Shown: positions 9,133 through 19,667, numbered from the stretch's first letter. The stretch is 64,000 nt of DNA from an uncultured Chloroflexia bacterium (GCA_963797095.1 CAWCNY010000008.1:1-64000); one strand, 5' to 3'. Program-made: numbers and translations. Notes: a model not told the origin generated them from the sequence alone.

Positions 9133-10285
9133 CTATTGAGCGTAATACTCCGCCAGGGCGTAGAAGGAGCGCTTCGGCTCCCAGGGCAGGCCCGGGTAAG
9201 CCGTCCCGGTTGCTCCGGACGCCACGTCCAACATCCTGACGACACCGTACGAGGCGCAGTCCAGGTCGTAGCGTGGATCGTGGTTGTAAGGGTATTCGTA
9301 ACCGGCGAACGTGAACCAAAACGCCCCATCCACCCATTCCGCTGCCAGGACGTCGAGAGTCCGGGCAAGGTAGGTGGCCTGCACGTCCTCGTCTCGAACT
9401 ACCTGCTCGGTCAGGCGAGGCGGGTTGGCCTTGCGGTCTACGATGGCCCAACCTAGCGCCCCACGATCCTGGGCACCACGATAGGTGCAGCACCCGAACT
9501 CGGTTATCACTACAGGCTTGCCCTGTCCCCGTCCCTGACCCTGGCCCTCAGTGAGGGATTTGTAGGACCGCACCTGTTCTCGGTAGGTGTCCCGGTTGCC
9601 CGCATCGCGGTAGAGATCCACTCCCACCATATCGAAGTTGCTCCAGTCGATGCGCTCCCACGCGCCTGACGCGTAGCTGACCGGACCTGAGAAATGCTGC
9701 CGTACCGCACGGGCGGCCCGAACCAGGAAAGAGTTGAAATCCGCCTCCAGTTTCTCGGGCGAGAGGGAGTGGCTTGCAAGCAGGGTGGGGTTCATCATGG
9801 CCTGGAATCGCTCGAACATGTTGGTACCCGGCACGAACCCGCTGTTGTACAGCGACATCTCGCACCCCAGCACGAATACTATCCGGGCATCCCCTCCGGG
9901 TCTCCACCCGGGCCTCCGCCTGCACCTCGGACGATGCTCCGTGCTGCCCACTCCGCAACTCTTCGGCCAATGTGGCAGCGTCAATGAAGTAGGGTACAAG
10001 CTCTTTGGCGGTCATGTCGGTTGGGAAGGGCGAGAACCAGACCTCAAGTCCCTCATCCAGTGCGTACTCGGCAGCCAGGGCGATACGGCGAGGGTCTCCA
10101 CCGGAGATGCGCACGGCGTTGCAGTGCAGGTCACGGGCAATAATCTCTATTTCGCGGCGCACCTGGGCAGGCTCCAAAGACCGCCTGGACTGCTGTCCTC
10201 CTACCGAGGTGAAGCCGGTATCGTAGTTGATGCCTTTACGCCGGATCGGTTGCATTGACGGCTGGCTTGGATGAGTAGATGGCAT
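9133..10285 (-). pseudogene. TIM-barrel/glycoside-hydrolase-like protein of a family often labelled 'abortive infection protein', frameshifted
   Basis: KGINYDTG..DLHCNAVRISG in one frame; KPVVITEFGCCTYRGA..WEPKRSF in another. Confidence 0.7.
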
Positions 10286-10309
10286 GGAACCTCTCCTTGT
10301 TGCGCTCTG

Positions 10310-10798
10310 TTAGCGTGCTTTACTCTTAATCCGGTTAGCGTACCATGGCGGGTGCGGGAAGGTCAACAAGTTGATGGCGCGTGCGCGACCGATCGGGCTA
10401 CATGAGTGGAATTCCGAGGGCTTCAGAGAGCTTCTATGCGAGCCAAGTCCTCCGATACAGAGTTCGCCGAGTCGCAGGCGCGAAGGAGCATGGAGGACAA
10501 CGCCGCCAACTCCCTGAGCTATCGGGTGGAGCGCGAGGAGCAAACGCGCTGATATGGACTGGTGTTTGTCGGTGGGCGGTACGAGTATCTCGATAGAACC
10601 GTTGGTGAACTCGACCAGCCTGCGGCTGTAGTCGGTGAGCCGCAGGTACTGCTCCTCTGTCCATGTCCCCTGAAGAGCGTCGAGATCGAGTATCGTTTCG
10701 TTGTCAGCGGTAACGACGCGGTACTCACCTCTGTACGTTTGATGGGACACAGGTTCGCCACCTCTCCCGTGATTGCTCATCTCGATACTCGTTTGCAC
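10310..10798 (-). pseudogene. Uma2 endonuclease, 3'-truncated
   Basis: LQGTWTEEQYLRLTD..PTDKHQ matches 43734-44414; similarity ends before the PD..EV core. Confidence 0.75.
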
Positions 10799-10821
10799 AT
10801 TTCCATAGAGGTCCTACCTGT

Positions 10822-10855
10822 GTTATTATACCTGAGGGCAGAAAAGTATAATAAC
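10822..10855. other. Conserved palindromic site, copy A
   Basis: GTTATTATAC-N14-GTATAATAAC; extra half-site AGTATAATAA about 20 bp to the right. Confidence 0.8.
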
Positions 10856-10897
10856 GCCGCCTCTAATTGTACCGTAGTATAATAAGGACCTTTAAGA

Positions 10898-12061
10898 GTG
10901 CAACCTGACAGCTTCACGAGCCGCGCTCCCGGCGAGGTACGGAAGACCCCCCAGGGGTACTGGGCATTCGTGCCGAACCCGCTCCCTCCCGAGTTAGAAC
11001 CTACCTGGGACCTTGCGAGCCGACTTTCGCTGGCCGATAGAGCGCTCAGCGAACTGGCAGGAATAGCTCGCACGCTCCCCAACCCTCATCTCCTTATCGG
11101 CCCCTTCGTTCGGCGGGAGGCTGTGCTTTCCAGTCGCATAGAGGGCACCAAGGCTTCGCTTTCTGACCTTTTCGCCTTTGAAGCCTCGGGGGTAGCAGAC
11201 CCGAGAACCCCTGATGTGAAGGAAGTGGCTAACTATGTCGATGCTCTGGAACATGGCCTCCAGCGCCTGGCGGAGCTTCCTATCAGCCTGCGCCTTATAC
11301 GAGAGATGCACGCCCGCCTTATGTCGGGTGTATTCGGGCTTCGGGGCGAGCATCTCACACCTGGGGAGTTCCGGCGCTCCCAGAACTGGATAGGACCGCC
11401 CGGGTGCGCCCTCGCGGATGCTACGTATGTGCCTCCACCTGAAGCTGAGATGAAAGAAGCATTAGGCGAGCTTGAGAAGTACTTGCACACAGTATCGCCG
11501 CTGCCACCGCTCGTGCGCATGGCGCTTGTGCACTACCAGTTCGAAGCTATCCACCCGTTCCTGGACGGCAACGGCCGCATCGGTCGCCTGCTGATTACAC
11601 TCCTCCTGTGCGCCGAAGGCTTGCTGCCCCAGCCGCTCCTCTATCTCAGCGCCTTCTTCGAGCGGCACCACCCGGACTACTACCGCCTATTGCTCGCCGT
11701 AAGCCAGGAGGGCCGCTGGACGGAGTGGGTTAGTTTTTTCCTCGACGGCGTGGCACAGCAATCGCAGGATGCGGTCAAGCGATCAAGCCAACTACTCGAC
11801 CTGTGGCAGACGTACCGCGAACGCTTGCAGTCTGAGCGCTCATCGCCCCTTGCCCTTCGGATGGTAGACGAGCTGTTCTCCTACCCTGTAGTCACCCTCG
11901 CCAGCACCACCAGACTGCTGGGCGTAACCCCGCGCGCAGCACAGAACAACATAGACAAACTCATAGCCGAAGGCATACTCCGCGAGACCACGGGTAGGCA
12001 GCGCAACCGTGTGTACGCCGCGTCGAGCATTATTGAGGTCGTGGAGGCTGAGAGGGCTTAG
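10898..12061 (+). CDS. Fic/DOC family protein with C-terminal HTH
   Basis: EAVLSSRIEGT and HPFLDGNGRIGR. Confidence 0.92.
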   Translation: MQPDSFTSRAPGEVRKTPQGYWAFVPNPLPPELEPTWDLASRLSLADRALSELAGIARTLPNPHLLIGPFVRREAVLSSRIEGTKASLSDLFAFEASGVADPRTPDVKEVANYVDALEHGLQRLAELPISLRLIREMHARLMSGVFGLRGEHLTPGEFRRSQNWIGPPGCALADATYVPPPEAEMKEALGELEKYLHTVSPLPPLVRMALVHYQFEAIHPFLDGNGRIGRLLITLLLCAEGLLPQPLLYLSAFFERHHPDYYRLLLAVSQEGRWTEWVSFFLDGVAQQSQDAVKRSSQLLDLWQTYRERLQSERSSPLALRMVDELFSYPVVTLASTTRLLGVTPRAAQNNIDKLIAEGILRETTGRQRNRVYAASSIIEVVEAERA

Positions 12062-12079
12062 AGAAAGCCTGGATGCAGA

Positions 12080-12490
12080 CTAAGTCCCGCTCTGAGATCT
12101 TCCGCCTAAAGGAAACCGGTCCCAGGGGTTCCGGTTTGCCGTGATCCGGTATCCGTCCGGGTCGGCAAAAACCAGGGTACGCCCGAACGGACCATCGTAG
12201 GGTGAAGTGATGATCGTTGCTCCTGTCTCTACCAGCCGGGCGTGCAGCTCGTCGACATTATCGCAGTCGATCCATAGCGCCACACCCCATCCCGGCTGCG
12301 GCGCTTCGTCCAGGTTCACTTTGGCCTCGCTGAGACCAAGCGGAATCGTGGTGGTGTCCATGAGTGCGAAATCAGGAGTGTCAAAGCGCTCATCGATCGT
12401 GAAGCCTAAGACCTCCGTGTAGAACGCACGCGATGCGGCGAGGTTACGCACCTGCATGCTGATAAAGTCAGGTCCAAGAAGTCGTGCCAT
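12080..12490 (-). CDS. VOC/glyoxalase family protein
   Basis: SRAFYTEVLG..GPFGRTLVFADPDGY. Confidence 0.88.
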   Translation of the reverse strand: MARLLGPDFISMQVRNLAASRAFYTEVLGFTIDERFDTPDFALMDTTTIPLGLSEAKVNLDEAPQPGWGVALWIDCDNVDELHARLVETGATIITSPYDGPFGRTLVFADPDGYRITANRNPWDRFPLGGRSQSGT

Positions 12491-12551
12491 TTGCGTTCCT
12501 TTCTCTTGCCGAGGTGGGGTATGAGCAAACCGTGTGTTCTTACCCCGGATA

Positions 12552-13130
12552 TCAGGGAAGGGGCGACCAAGACTCCCGACCTTGGCCTCCCGAACGGTTG
12601 GCTATCGGCCAATCCCCATGCTCGCTGTAGAAGTCATCGAGTAGTTTCTTCTCCCATGCAATCTCCTTGCCGGATGGGCATATTTTGATGGTAAGTTGCG
12701 CATCCTGGATACCTTTGATCTGCCACATCCATTCCCCACCTGCATGGTTGACCGCGAGACCGGCTCCGAACCTGGCTAGTTGGCGGATCCTCTTCCGGAG
12801 GCTGTTGGCCTTGCCGATGTATATGATATCAGTAGCTGTGTGCCTCACTGTTCCATGCCACTTTCGGTGCAGGTAATCGGGATCAATCGGCACTGAAGAC
12901 GCGTCGCCTGCTGATTGGTCGAACTCGATTGTAGTCTGACCTTCAGGCAACGAGACGACGTATATGCCCGCACCAACAGGAATATCTCTCCAGTCTGCAC
13001 GACCTGGGGCTGTGCATCTATCAACCAGATTCCCCAGTCGAAGTATCTGATCTGTGCTGCCGGGGAAGGAGGGAATGTCAATGCACTTCATGCCTGGCCT
13101 CCGTAAGTCCAATTCCTTGAGTATGTGCAA
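12552..13130 (-). CDS. Hypothetical protein, GIY-YIG-like nuclease
   Basis: AGIYVV, IYIGKANSLRKRI, E..LL..F...G..P.AN. Confidence 0.6.
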   Translation of the reverse strand: MHILKELDLRRPGMKCIDIPSFPGSTDQILRLGNLVDRCTAPGRADWRDIPVGAGIYVVSLPEGQTTIEFDQSAGDASSVPIDPDYLHRKWHGTVRHTATDIIYIGKANSLRKRIRQLARFGAGLAVNHAGGEWMWQIKGIQDAQLTIKICPSGKEIAWEKKLLDDFYSEHGDWPIANRSGGQGRESWSPLP

Positions 13131-13137
13131 GCTCTGT

Positions 13138-14283
13138 TTATGATTCGCCGCTCAGCACGGCGTCCATCCGGTCTGCGGCGTCGCGCTGCAGAGCCGGAAT
13201 CACATGCGAGTAGGTGTCCATCGTGAGGCTGATCTGGCTGTGCCCGAGCGTCTCCATCACCACGCGAGGGTGTACGCCTTGGGCAAGGAGTAGGGAAGCA
13301 CAGGTGTGGCGCAGGTCGTGGAAGCGGATATGGGGAAGGCCCGCACGCTGCAGAGCTTCCTGGAAGAGGCGGAAGGCGTTTCGCGGGTCGAGTGACGTGC
13401 CTATTGTGGAGGTGAAGACCAGACCACTTTCCTTCCAGCGTGTGCCCGCGACCGGCCTCTCCTCTATCTGGGGCACGCGGTGGGCGCGCAGGGCGTTCAC
13501 TGTCACCTGAGGCATGAAGATCGTGCGGCGGCTCTTCTGGGTCTTCGGCTCGACGAGCCGCGGCTTGCCGTCTATGCGCTGCAAAGCATATCGTACTTTC
13601 AGCGTGCACTTGTCCATATCGATGTCTTCCCACCGCAGCCCAAGTGCCTCGCCCTGGCGCAGGCCGAGCGCGAGGGCCACCGAATAGAGGGCCTCCAGGC
13701 GATCGCCTCGTACAGTGTTCAGGAAGACACGCGCCTCCTGAGGCGACAGAGAGCGCATCTCGTAGCGGCGTGACCGCGGCGGATCCACCAGTTGAGCCAC
13801 GTTGCGGGGCACGAGAGACCACTTGTAGGCCCGCCCCAGCGACATGCGGAGGACAGCAAGGCAGTACCGCACGGTGCGCGGGGATAAGCCCGTCTTGAGC
13901 AGCTTGTTCAGCAGGTGCTGTATCTCCTGCGGCGTGAGCTTGCCAAGCTGGATCCGCCCCAGTTCCGGCTCTATATACAGGCGGACTACCTGGGCGTAGC
14001 TGTCATACGTCTTGGGCCGCACAGTTGGGCGCACCGAGTCCTCCAGCCATGCGGCCAGAAAATGCCCCAGCGTCTGCCTCTCGACGACAACCGGCAGCCC
14101 TTGCTTTTTGGCGTTCTGGGCGTCGCTTAGCCGGTCGGCAACTTCGCGGCGCGTTTTGCCGTAAATAGATTTGCGGTCTCTCTTTCCGTTCCTGTATCCA
14201 AGCTCAATCTTGGCCTCCCACCTCCCGTCCTTCCGCCTTGTGATCCCGCCGTCGCCGGGTCCGCGTCGCTTCGTTGTTGCCAT
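13138..14283 (-). CDS. Tyrosine integrase, copy A, intact
   Basis: Arm-binding N-terminus (RKDGRWEA), GLRQGEALGLRW, HDLRH, LGHS..TMDTYSH; RBS before ATG 14283. Confidence 0.93.
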   Translation of the reverse strand: MATTKRRGPGDGGITRRKDGRWEAKIELGYRNGKRDRKSIYGKTRREVADRLSDAQNAKKQGLPVVVERQTLGHFLAAWLEDSVRPTVRPKTYDSYAQVVRLYIEPELGRIQLGKLTPQEIQHLLNKLLKTGLSPRTVRYCLAVLRMSLGRAYKWSLVPRNVAQLVDPPRSRRYEMRSLSPQEARVFLNTVRGDRLEALYSVALALGLRQGEALGLRWEDIDMDKCTLKVRYALQRIDGKPRLVEPKTQKSRRTIFMPQVTVNALRAHRVPQIEERPVAGTRWKESGLVFTSTIGTSLDPRNAFRLFQEALQRAGLPHIRFHDLRHTCASLLLAQGVHPRVVMETLGHSQISLTMDTYSHVIPALQRDAADRMDAVLSGES

Positions 14284-14485
14284 TTCTTTGCCCCCCTTTC
14301 TTCTGCTCCGTTTGTTTCTCGTTTCCTCCGTGAAGAACATCTTCGCCGCGCTGTGTATCACGCGCCAGCCGGTCGATTGCCAGCATGATCACGGTGCTCT
14401 CGGACATATCGAACCTGCCTGCGAGGTCCTTCAACTGGGCTATAGTGTAGCTCGATAGACGCACGTTTACCTGCTGTCTTACCAT
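14204..14485 (-). CDS. Small RHH DNA-binding protein overlapping the integrase start
   Basis: QQVNVRLSSYTIAQLKDLA..MSESTVIMLAIDRL; near-identical copy at 36673. Confidence 0.75.
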   Translation of the reverse strand: MVRQQVNVRLSSYTIAQLKDLAGRFDMSESTVIMLAIDRLARDTQRGEDVLHGGNEKQTEQKKGGQRNGNNEATRTRRRRDHKAEGREVGGQD

Positions 14486-14650
14486 ATCTGCATCTGCTCC
14501 ATAACGCCTCCGTTAACGCCTCCGTTCCTGCGAGCCTCCTATCACTCCCCTGGCTTCCCTGGCTTTGCTGACCAACTTCCCGGCTGCCCAGCCGTTGGCC
14601 TGTTATACCGTATCAGCATCCGGTTGACCAGCAGTGAAAGTTGGATTGAG

Positions 14651-14667
14651 TATAGCATAATGCTATA
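14651..14667. promoter_or_regulatory. Palindromic operator upstream of RHH-integrase
   Basis: TATAGCAT-A-ATGCTATA; identical at 37084-37100. Confidence 0.65.
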
Positions 14668-14859
14668 TAAGATGCAATACCTCAGGTTACGAAAGGTGCT
14701 CCGAATCTTCAGCTAGCACGTGCTACCAATCACCGCGCTGATATGAGCAAAGCGTTCACGCACTTCGCCACTGCAATAAACTAATATGTGATATTATCTT
14801 TCTGCATAAACTTCTCGGCCACGTGGTTCTCGCAGTTGGCAGAAGAGGAGTAGCGCGAG

Positions 14860-15495
14860 GTGAGAATGAGTAAGCAAAGAGCTTTGATGGCAATAGCAAA
14901 AGATCAAGGCGGTTACTTCACCGCCCAACAGGCACTGACGGCAGGGTACACGTACCAGGAGCAGCGCCACCATATGCTGCGAGGCAACTGGGAAAAGATA
15001 GAGAGGCGCATCTATCGTTTCCCCGAGTTTCCCGATCTCCGGTATCCGGGGCGATACGACCTGGTGGTCCTCACCCTCATCAGCCATGATAGGCTTGGAG
15101 AGCCGCAAGCCGTGGCCTCCCATGAGACAGCCCTGGCGATTCACGCGATCAGCGACGCGAACCCTGCGAAGATCCACCTGACGGTGCCGCCCGGCTTCAG
15201 GCGGTACATGCCCGCGGGCATAATGCTGCACAAAGCGAAGCTATCTCCCCAGGAGTGGGAAGAGCGCGAAGGGTTTCGCGTGACAACTCCGCTGAGGACC
15301 ATTGTGGACTCGGCAGCAAGCGCCTCAACCTGGGCATTCGTCCCCGACGCCGTGCGTGACGCCCTCTACAAAGGGCTTCTGAGGTCCCAGCAGCTTGTCC
15401 TCGCGATAGGCAAGGTGGAGAACGAGGAAGTGAGGAGATGGCTTCAAACTGCGCTTGAAATGGCGGAGAAGAGGATATGGGTGAGAGAAGGTTGA
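14860..15495 (+). CDS. Type IV TA AbiEi-family antitoxin, no AbiEii partner
   Basis: QGGYFTAQQA, ASHETALAIH, IHLTVP, VTTPLRTIVD. Confidence 0.85.
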   Translation: MRMSKQRALMAIAKDQGGYFTAQQALTAGYTYQEQRHHMLRGNWEKIERRIYRFPEFPDLRYPGRYDLVVLTLISHDRLGEPQAVASHETALAIHAISDANPAKIHLTVPPGFRRYMPAGIMLHKAKLSPQEWEEREGFRVTTPLRTIVDSAASASTWAFVPDAVRDALYKGLLRSQQLVLAIGKVENEEVRRWLQTALEMAEKRIWVREG

Positions 15496-16655
15496 GACGG
15501 GACGAGAACAAGCTGACAGAGAAGTCCATCCTTGTGCTGGGGGGCGGCGAATTCTATGGGAGTTATGTGGTGGCCGATCTATTACGCCACACGCAAGCCT
15601 CAATTGTGATTGTTGGTCGCAAGCCGCCCCGCAAGCGAAATGTACCATCAAACGAGCGGGTTCGCACTGTCACCTGCGATATGAACGACTTGAACTCATT
15701 GGAAAGGTACGCGAAAGGTTGCCGCCTCATCATACAATGTGCCGGACCGTTCAGGTATCTACCCCTCAACCCTCTGCGTGCTGCCATCCAAGCCGGAGCA
15801 GACTATATCGATATAGCAGAAGATCGCGAGTTCGCTCGGCGAGTGCGGGCGTTAGCACCGGCTATCGAGGCGGCGGGGATCACTGCACTGAGCGGCATCT
15901 CGGTTGTACCTGCCATGGAAGCGCTCTTCACACAGCTGATGCTGCCTTATTTCGACAAAGTGCTCTCGGTGCGCACGTTCGCCGCTCCTGACACCAGGAA
16001 GCATCGTGGGGAAGCAATGTTCAATACGATGCTTTGGGGCGTTGGGCGGCCCTTCAAGCAACTTCGTGGTGGCCGGCTGGTGCCCGTTTACGGCTGGGGC
16101 GAGCTTGAATGGGTCGACTTCCCGAAGCCCCTGGGCAAGCGCCTGACCTATCTCGTGCTCGAGATGGCGGACCTCCATGTCATGCCTCGCCTCTTTGGAG
16201 AGCAAGGGTAAGAGACAGTCGAGTTCAAGGCAGGCAACGAGCGGCCCTTTCTAAATCGCCTGTTAGGTCTGGCAGCCACCCTTCGTATTCGCACGGGCCA
16301 CCCTCAATGGGAGCGCTATACCGCACTGGCGCGTGCGTTCTCCTGGCTTGTGGGGAGAGTAGGCAAGGACGAGGGCGGGGTCATATTCGAGGTGAGCGGT
16401 TTGCGAGGCAATACACCACAGACATATCGCGTAGCACTGGTCGCGGCAAGGGATGGCGGGCGAATTCCTGCTGTGCTTGCAGGGATGGCGGCCGAGGAAT
16501 TGCTGAGCGGCAGACTCGAGGGAGTAGGGTTGGTGCCAGTCAATAGGTGGATTGGCGGCGAAAAACTCGTAGCGGGCCTCAGACGCCGGGGGCTGCAGAT
16601 ATGGTGGCAAACCCCCGAATGTGCAAAGTGGCATCTTCTTCCCTTGACAATCTGA
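15477..16655 (+). pseudogene. Saccharopine dehydrogenase-like oxidoreductase, frameshift near 16205
   Basis: Rossmann VLGGGEFYGS, CAGPF, YIDIA; coding continues in another frame to 16655. Confidence 0.7.
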
Positions 16656-16717
16656 AGAAGTTGAAGCAAAGCGCCAATCAGGTGCTCACAGCCCAGCCAG
16701 GTCCGACGAGCAACCTG

Positions 16718-16814
16718 AATGACACGGAATGACACGTCCAATGACACGGAATGACACGTCCAATGACACGGAATGACACGTCCAATGACACGGAATGACA
16801 CGTCCAATGACACC
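16718..16814. repeat. 22-bp tandem repeat x4 containing nine AATGACAC cores
   Basis: AATGACACGGAATGACACGTCC x4 plus AATGACACC. Confidence 0.95.
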
Positions 16815-16845
16815 GCCACGCTTCATTCGTCTGGCATGAACCCGG

Positions 16846-17283
16846 CTAAGCTCTTTCTTCTGCGCCTTTCAACCGCCAGTAAGCCCCTCTACCCACGCCT
16901 GTTGTATCGACCAGACCGAAACGGCGAAGCACTTGCAGGTTATCTTGAACGGTTCTCTCCGGGGTCTCAGAACCTAGATTAGCCATAATCCGCTTCAATT
17001 GTGAGGAGCCTATCTGCGCCAGAACGTCGAGCAGTTCCCGCTGCAAGGGAGTGAGATCATGGGTTATCCGCGTTGGCGGTACGTACCGCGTTGGGCGGAA
17101 CCGGACCAGTACCTCTCCGGCGCTGCTCTCGAACCCAGGGGTGCCAGACCTGCCTGCTCTGTCAGCTCGGCCATCTTGATGGTGCCCCCGCCTCCTTCGT
17201 CGACACCCCATGCCTCGATGATACCTCGCCGGTAGAAAACCTGCGCAATGATCGGGTTCCAGGGACGAGAAGCATGAGGTCTG
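16846..17283 (-). pseudogene. C-terminal fragment of a RecG-C/HATPase-wHTH ATP-binding regulator
   Basis: RPHASRPWNPIIAQVFYRRGIIEAWG next to the TnpB end; wHTH RTVQDNLQVL..GRGAYW. Confidence 0.65.
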
Positions 17284-17984
17284 GTAAGCTACCGCAGCCC
17301 CTGAAGGGGCACGGCTTTTGCCTGAAACCTGGCTCTGGTCTCCTGAATAGGTTGCAGAGGTTTCGACAAGTATGGCTGGCTTACAAGGGCAGCCCTGCTG
17401 GCAATCATGCGAGCAGCGTTGGTGTCGGCATTAGAAGCGTATCCGCAACCAACACACACGAATTGAGATTGAGTGGGACGATTGGCTTTGTCTATACAAC
17501 CGCATACCGGGCAGGTGCGAGATGTGTTGCGGGGGTCAACTCCACACACGCGAACCCCTGCCAGTCTAGCCTTGTACTCGATAAAGAAGCGGAGTTGGTA
17601 GAAAGACCACGAATGCAGAGTAGCACGCTGACTGCGCCTAACAGTTGCTCTATCACGAATACCGCCAAGTTCTTCTATGGCAATACCCCTCTTGAGTGCC
17701 TTCGCAGTCGCTACTATGCCCTTCGAGATAACATGGTTCGTATGGCGGGCAAAATGTGCTTCCTTTGCGCGCCACTTCCTGAGCAGCCGTTTGGCAGCCT
17801 TCGTGCCTTTGCTTTGGAGCTTTGCTCTCAGCCGCCTGTTTCTGTGCCTGATGCTCTTGAAATGAGCCCCGGAGTAGACGTTGCCTTCACTATCAGCCGC
17901 AATGTTGACAATGCCCAAATCAACACCGAGCCAACTTCCCGGCCCCGGCCCACCTTCGGCGTTTGAGAGTTTTAGCTGTCGCAT
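17284..17984 (-). mobile_element. tnpB: IS200/IS605-family TnpB, 5'-truncated, right end retained
   Basis: RuvC GVDLG / IAIEEL / NADTNAA, zinc ribbon CPVC..CVGC; subterminal hairpin GCCCC-TTCA-GGGGC then AGCTTAC; N-terminal domain and tnpA absent. Confidence 0.85.
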
Positions 17985-18129
17985 ATCGAGATTTCTCTCT
18001 CGCTGCGCGGACTGTACGGTGATGCATCTTTCCGGATCCCTTCGTCAACAGGTAGCCTCTTTCGCGGTTACTGGCGCAGGACCCCTGCCGGGTGCGAATG
18101 TGCCGGGACAAGCAGCGCGCCAGACGAAG

Positions 18130-18915
18130 TTAGAGATCCAAGTCGTTGTTCTTCAGCCAAGCTGCAAGCTTGCCCTGCAAAACACGCGCGTCCTCCCGCC
18201 TGTCTCGTGACAGTCTGCCTTTTGCTGTATGAGTGAGTTCGTCGTAGGATATCTCAACGAGAGCTATGCCATGTTCTGGGAGAACCCTGCGCCGCCGCTC
18301 GTCATACAGTAGCCTCTGTTCGCCTCTGTGTACTCCACTCACAGTGAGCCGATCGGGCTTATCAAAGAACGGCGTAGGCCGCGAATGCTGCGGCTCCCGG
18401 TATTCGATAACCAGACGCAGATCTGGATAGTACGCATCTACAGGTAACTTATGGCCAGCATCGCCAGGGAGGAAGTCAAACCTGAATTGGCGCAGGGACG
18501 TCCTTCTAAGCAGCTCATTACATAAGTCCAGCACATACTCTTCATCGCGTGCTGAGGACCCTTTCCTTTGCCGCCCGGCCGCCACACTCGTAGCGAAAGG
18601 GGTACTCCCAGCATACTGTAGGCGCGTCTGTTCACCATTCTTGGTATTCGTACTCAGCCGATCTATGAACCACCGACCGTTGGCCTCCTGGCGTTGGCCA
18701 AGTATCTTCCCCGCACGCAGTAACCGCCTGAGGGGCAATCCGGGCCCGTCGGCTGAGTCTTCTAGCAAGCCAGCGTTTTGAAGCCACAGCGCGGCCTCCG
18801 CTGCCGGCACCAACTCCATGTCGCGGCGGACAAGCTCTCGCTGCAGGAAACGGTTTATCGCATGTAGGTCAACTACCGTTAAGGTGCCGATCTTTACTTC
18901 GTCACCGGCGGCCAC
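18130..18915 (-). CDS. Two-domain hypothetical protein with a C-terminal PD-(D/E)XK/Vsr-like nuclease
   Basis: LPVDAYYPDLRLVIEYREPQH..YDERRR. Confidence 0.55.
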   Translation of the reverse strand: MAAGDEVKIGTLTVVDLHAINRFLQRELVRRDMELVPAAEAALWLQNAGLLEDSADGPGLPLRRLLRAGKILGQRQEANGRWFIDRLSTNTKNGEQTRLQYAGSTPFATSVAAGRQRKGSSARDEEYVLDLCNELLRRTSLRQFRFDFLPGDAGHKLPVDAYYPDLRLVIEYREPQHSRPTPFFDKPDRLTVSGVHRGEQRLLYDERRRRVLPEHGIALVEISYDELTHTAKGRLSRDRREDARVLQGKLAAWLKNNDLDL

Positions 18916-18993
18916 CTGGAGGTTATCAGGTCCGGAAGTGCAGTGGTCGCTCGAACTGTCTGTGATTGCGCTGTGGTTAGGTGTTGCTTCTGC

Positions 18994-19521
18994 TCACTGA
19001 GGTTCATTCTTGGTTTTGTTGGCAAGTCTGCGTTTGAGAGCAGCTTCTTTGGCTCGCCGCTTGCGCTCTTTTGCCTTCTGCCCCAGTTTGCCGAGCTTCT
19101 TATAGTAGCGCCTACGCGCCGCCAATGCTTTACGTCTGCGTAATTGGGGGTCAAGTGTTTCGTCTGAATCCACGGCTTTCTCGAATCGCTCGAGGCTACG
19201 GCTGGTTGTGCGGGCAGCCGCCGCCATATCGTGGGTGAAGCTCGACATTGACCTTGTGAGGCCACCGATCCTGCCAGCCACAGTACGCATCTTCTGGCGT
19301 GCTTCCTCGTCCCCAGGGACTTGCTCAAGTCGCGCCTTAACAGCAGTCAGTTGCCTGCGCGCGTGAGCCAATCGACGAGCAGCTTGAGCCCTGCGATCTC
19401 GCTCATGCCAGGGTAGTTTCTTCTCGGGATCTACATTTCGTTCGTACTTTGAAGGTCCACCAGCCCAAGGCGGCCTTTCAGTCTCATTCCGAGCGTCGGC
19501 CGTGTCGCGCGCTCCATTCAT
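18994..19521 (-). CDS. Basic hypothetical protein with an internal duplication
   Basis: KYERNVDPEKKLPWHERDRRAQAARR and RFEKAVDSDETLDPQLRRRKALAARR. Confidence 0.55.
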   Translation of the reverse strand: MNGARDTADARNETERPPWAGGPSKYERNVDPEKKLPWHERDRRAQAARRLAHARRQLTAVKARLEQVPGDEEARQKMRTVAGRIGGLTRSMSSFTHDMAAAARTTSRSLERFEKAVDSDETLDPQLRRRKALAARRRYYKKLGKLGQKAKERKRRAKEAALKRRLANKTKNEPQ

Positions 19522-19667
19522 CTGCCTGGTAAAATCGCGCGTTGGCTATGCGGAACCGCAGCATTCGCTCTTCGGGGTCGATACGATCGAGAATTGAATC
19601 GTCGTCTTCCTTCCCATACCGTTTCCTCGTCACGGTTCACCTCCAACCAACGGCAAGACACTCTATG

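Noticed and set aside
3375-13130. Classical integron cassette array
   Set aside because: Genes lie on both strands, I saw no repeated attC sites with RYYYAAC..GTTRRRY ends, and the integrase is phage-type without the IntI insertion.
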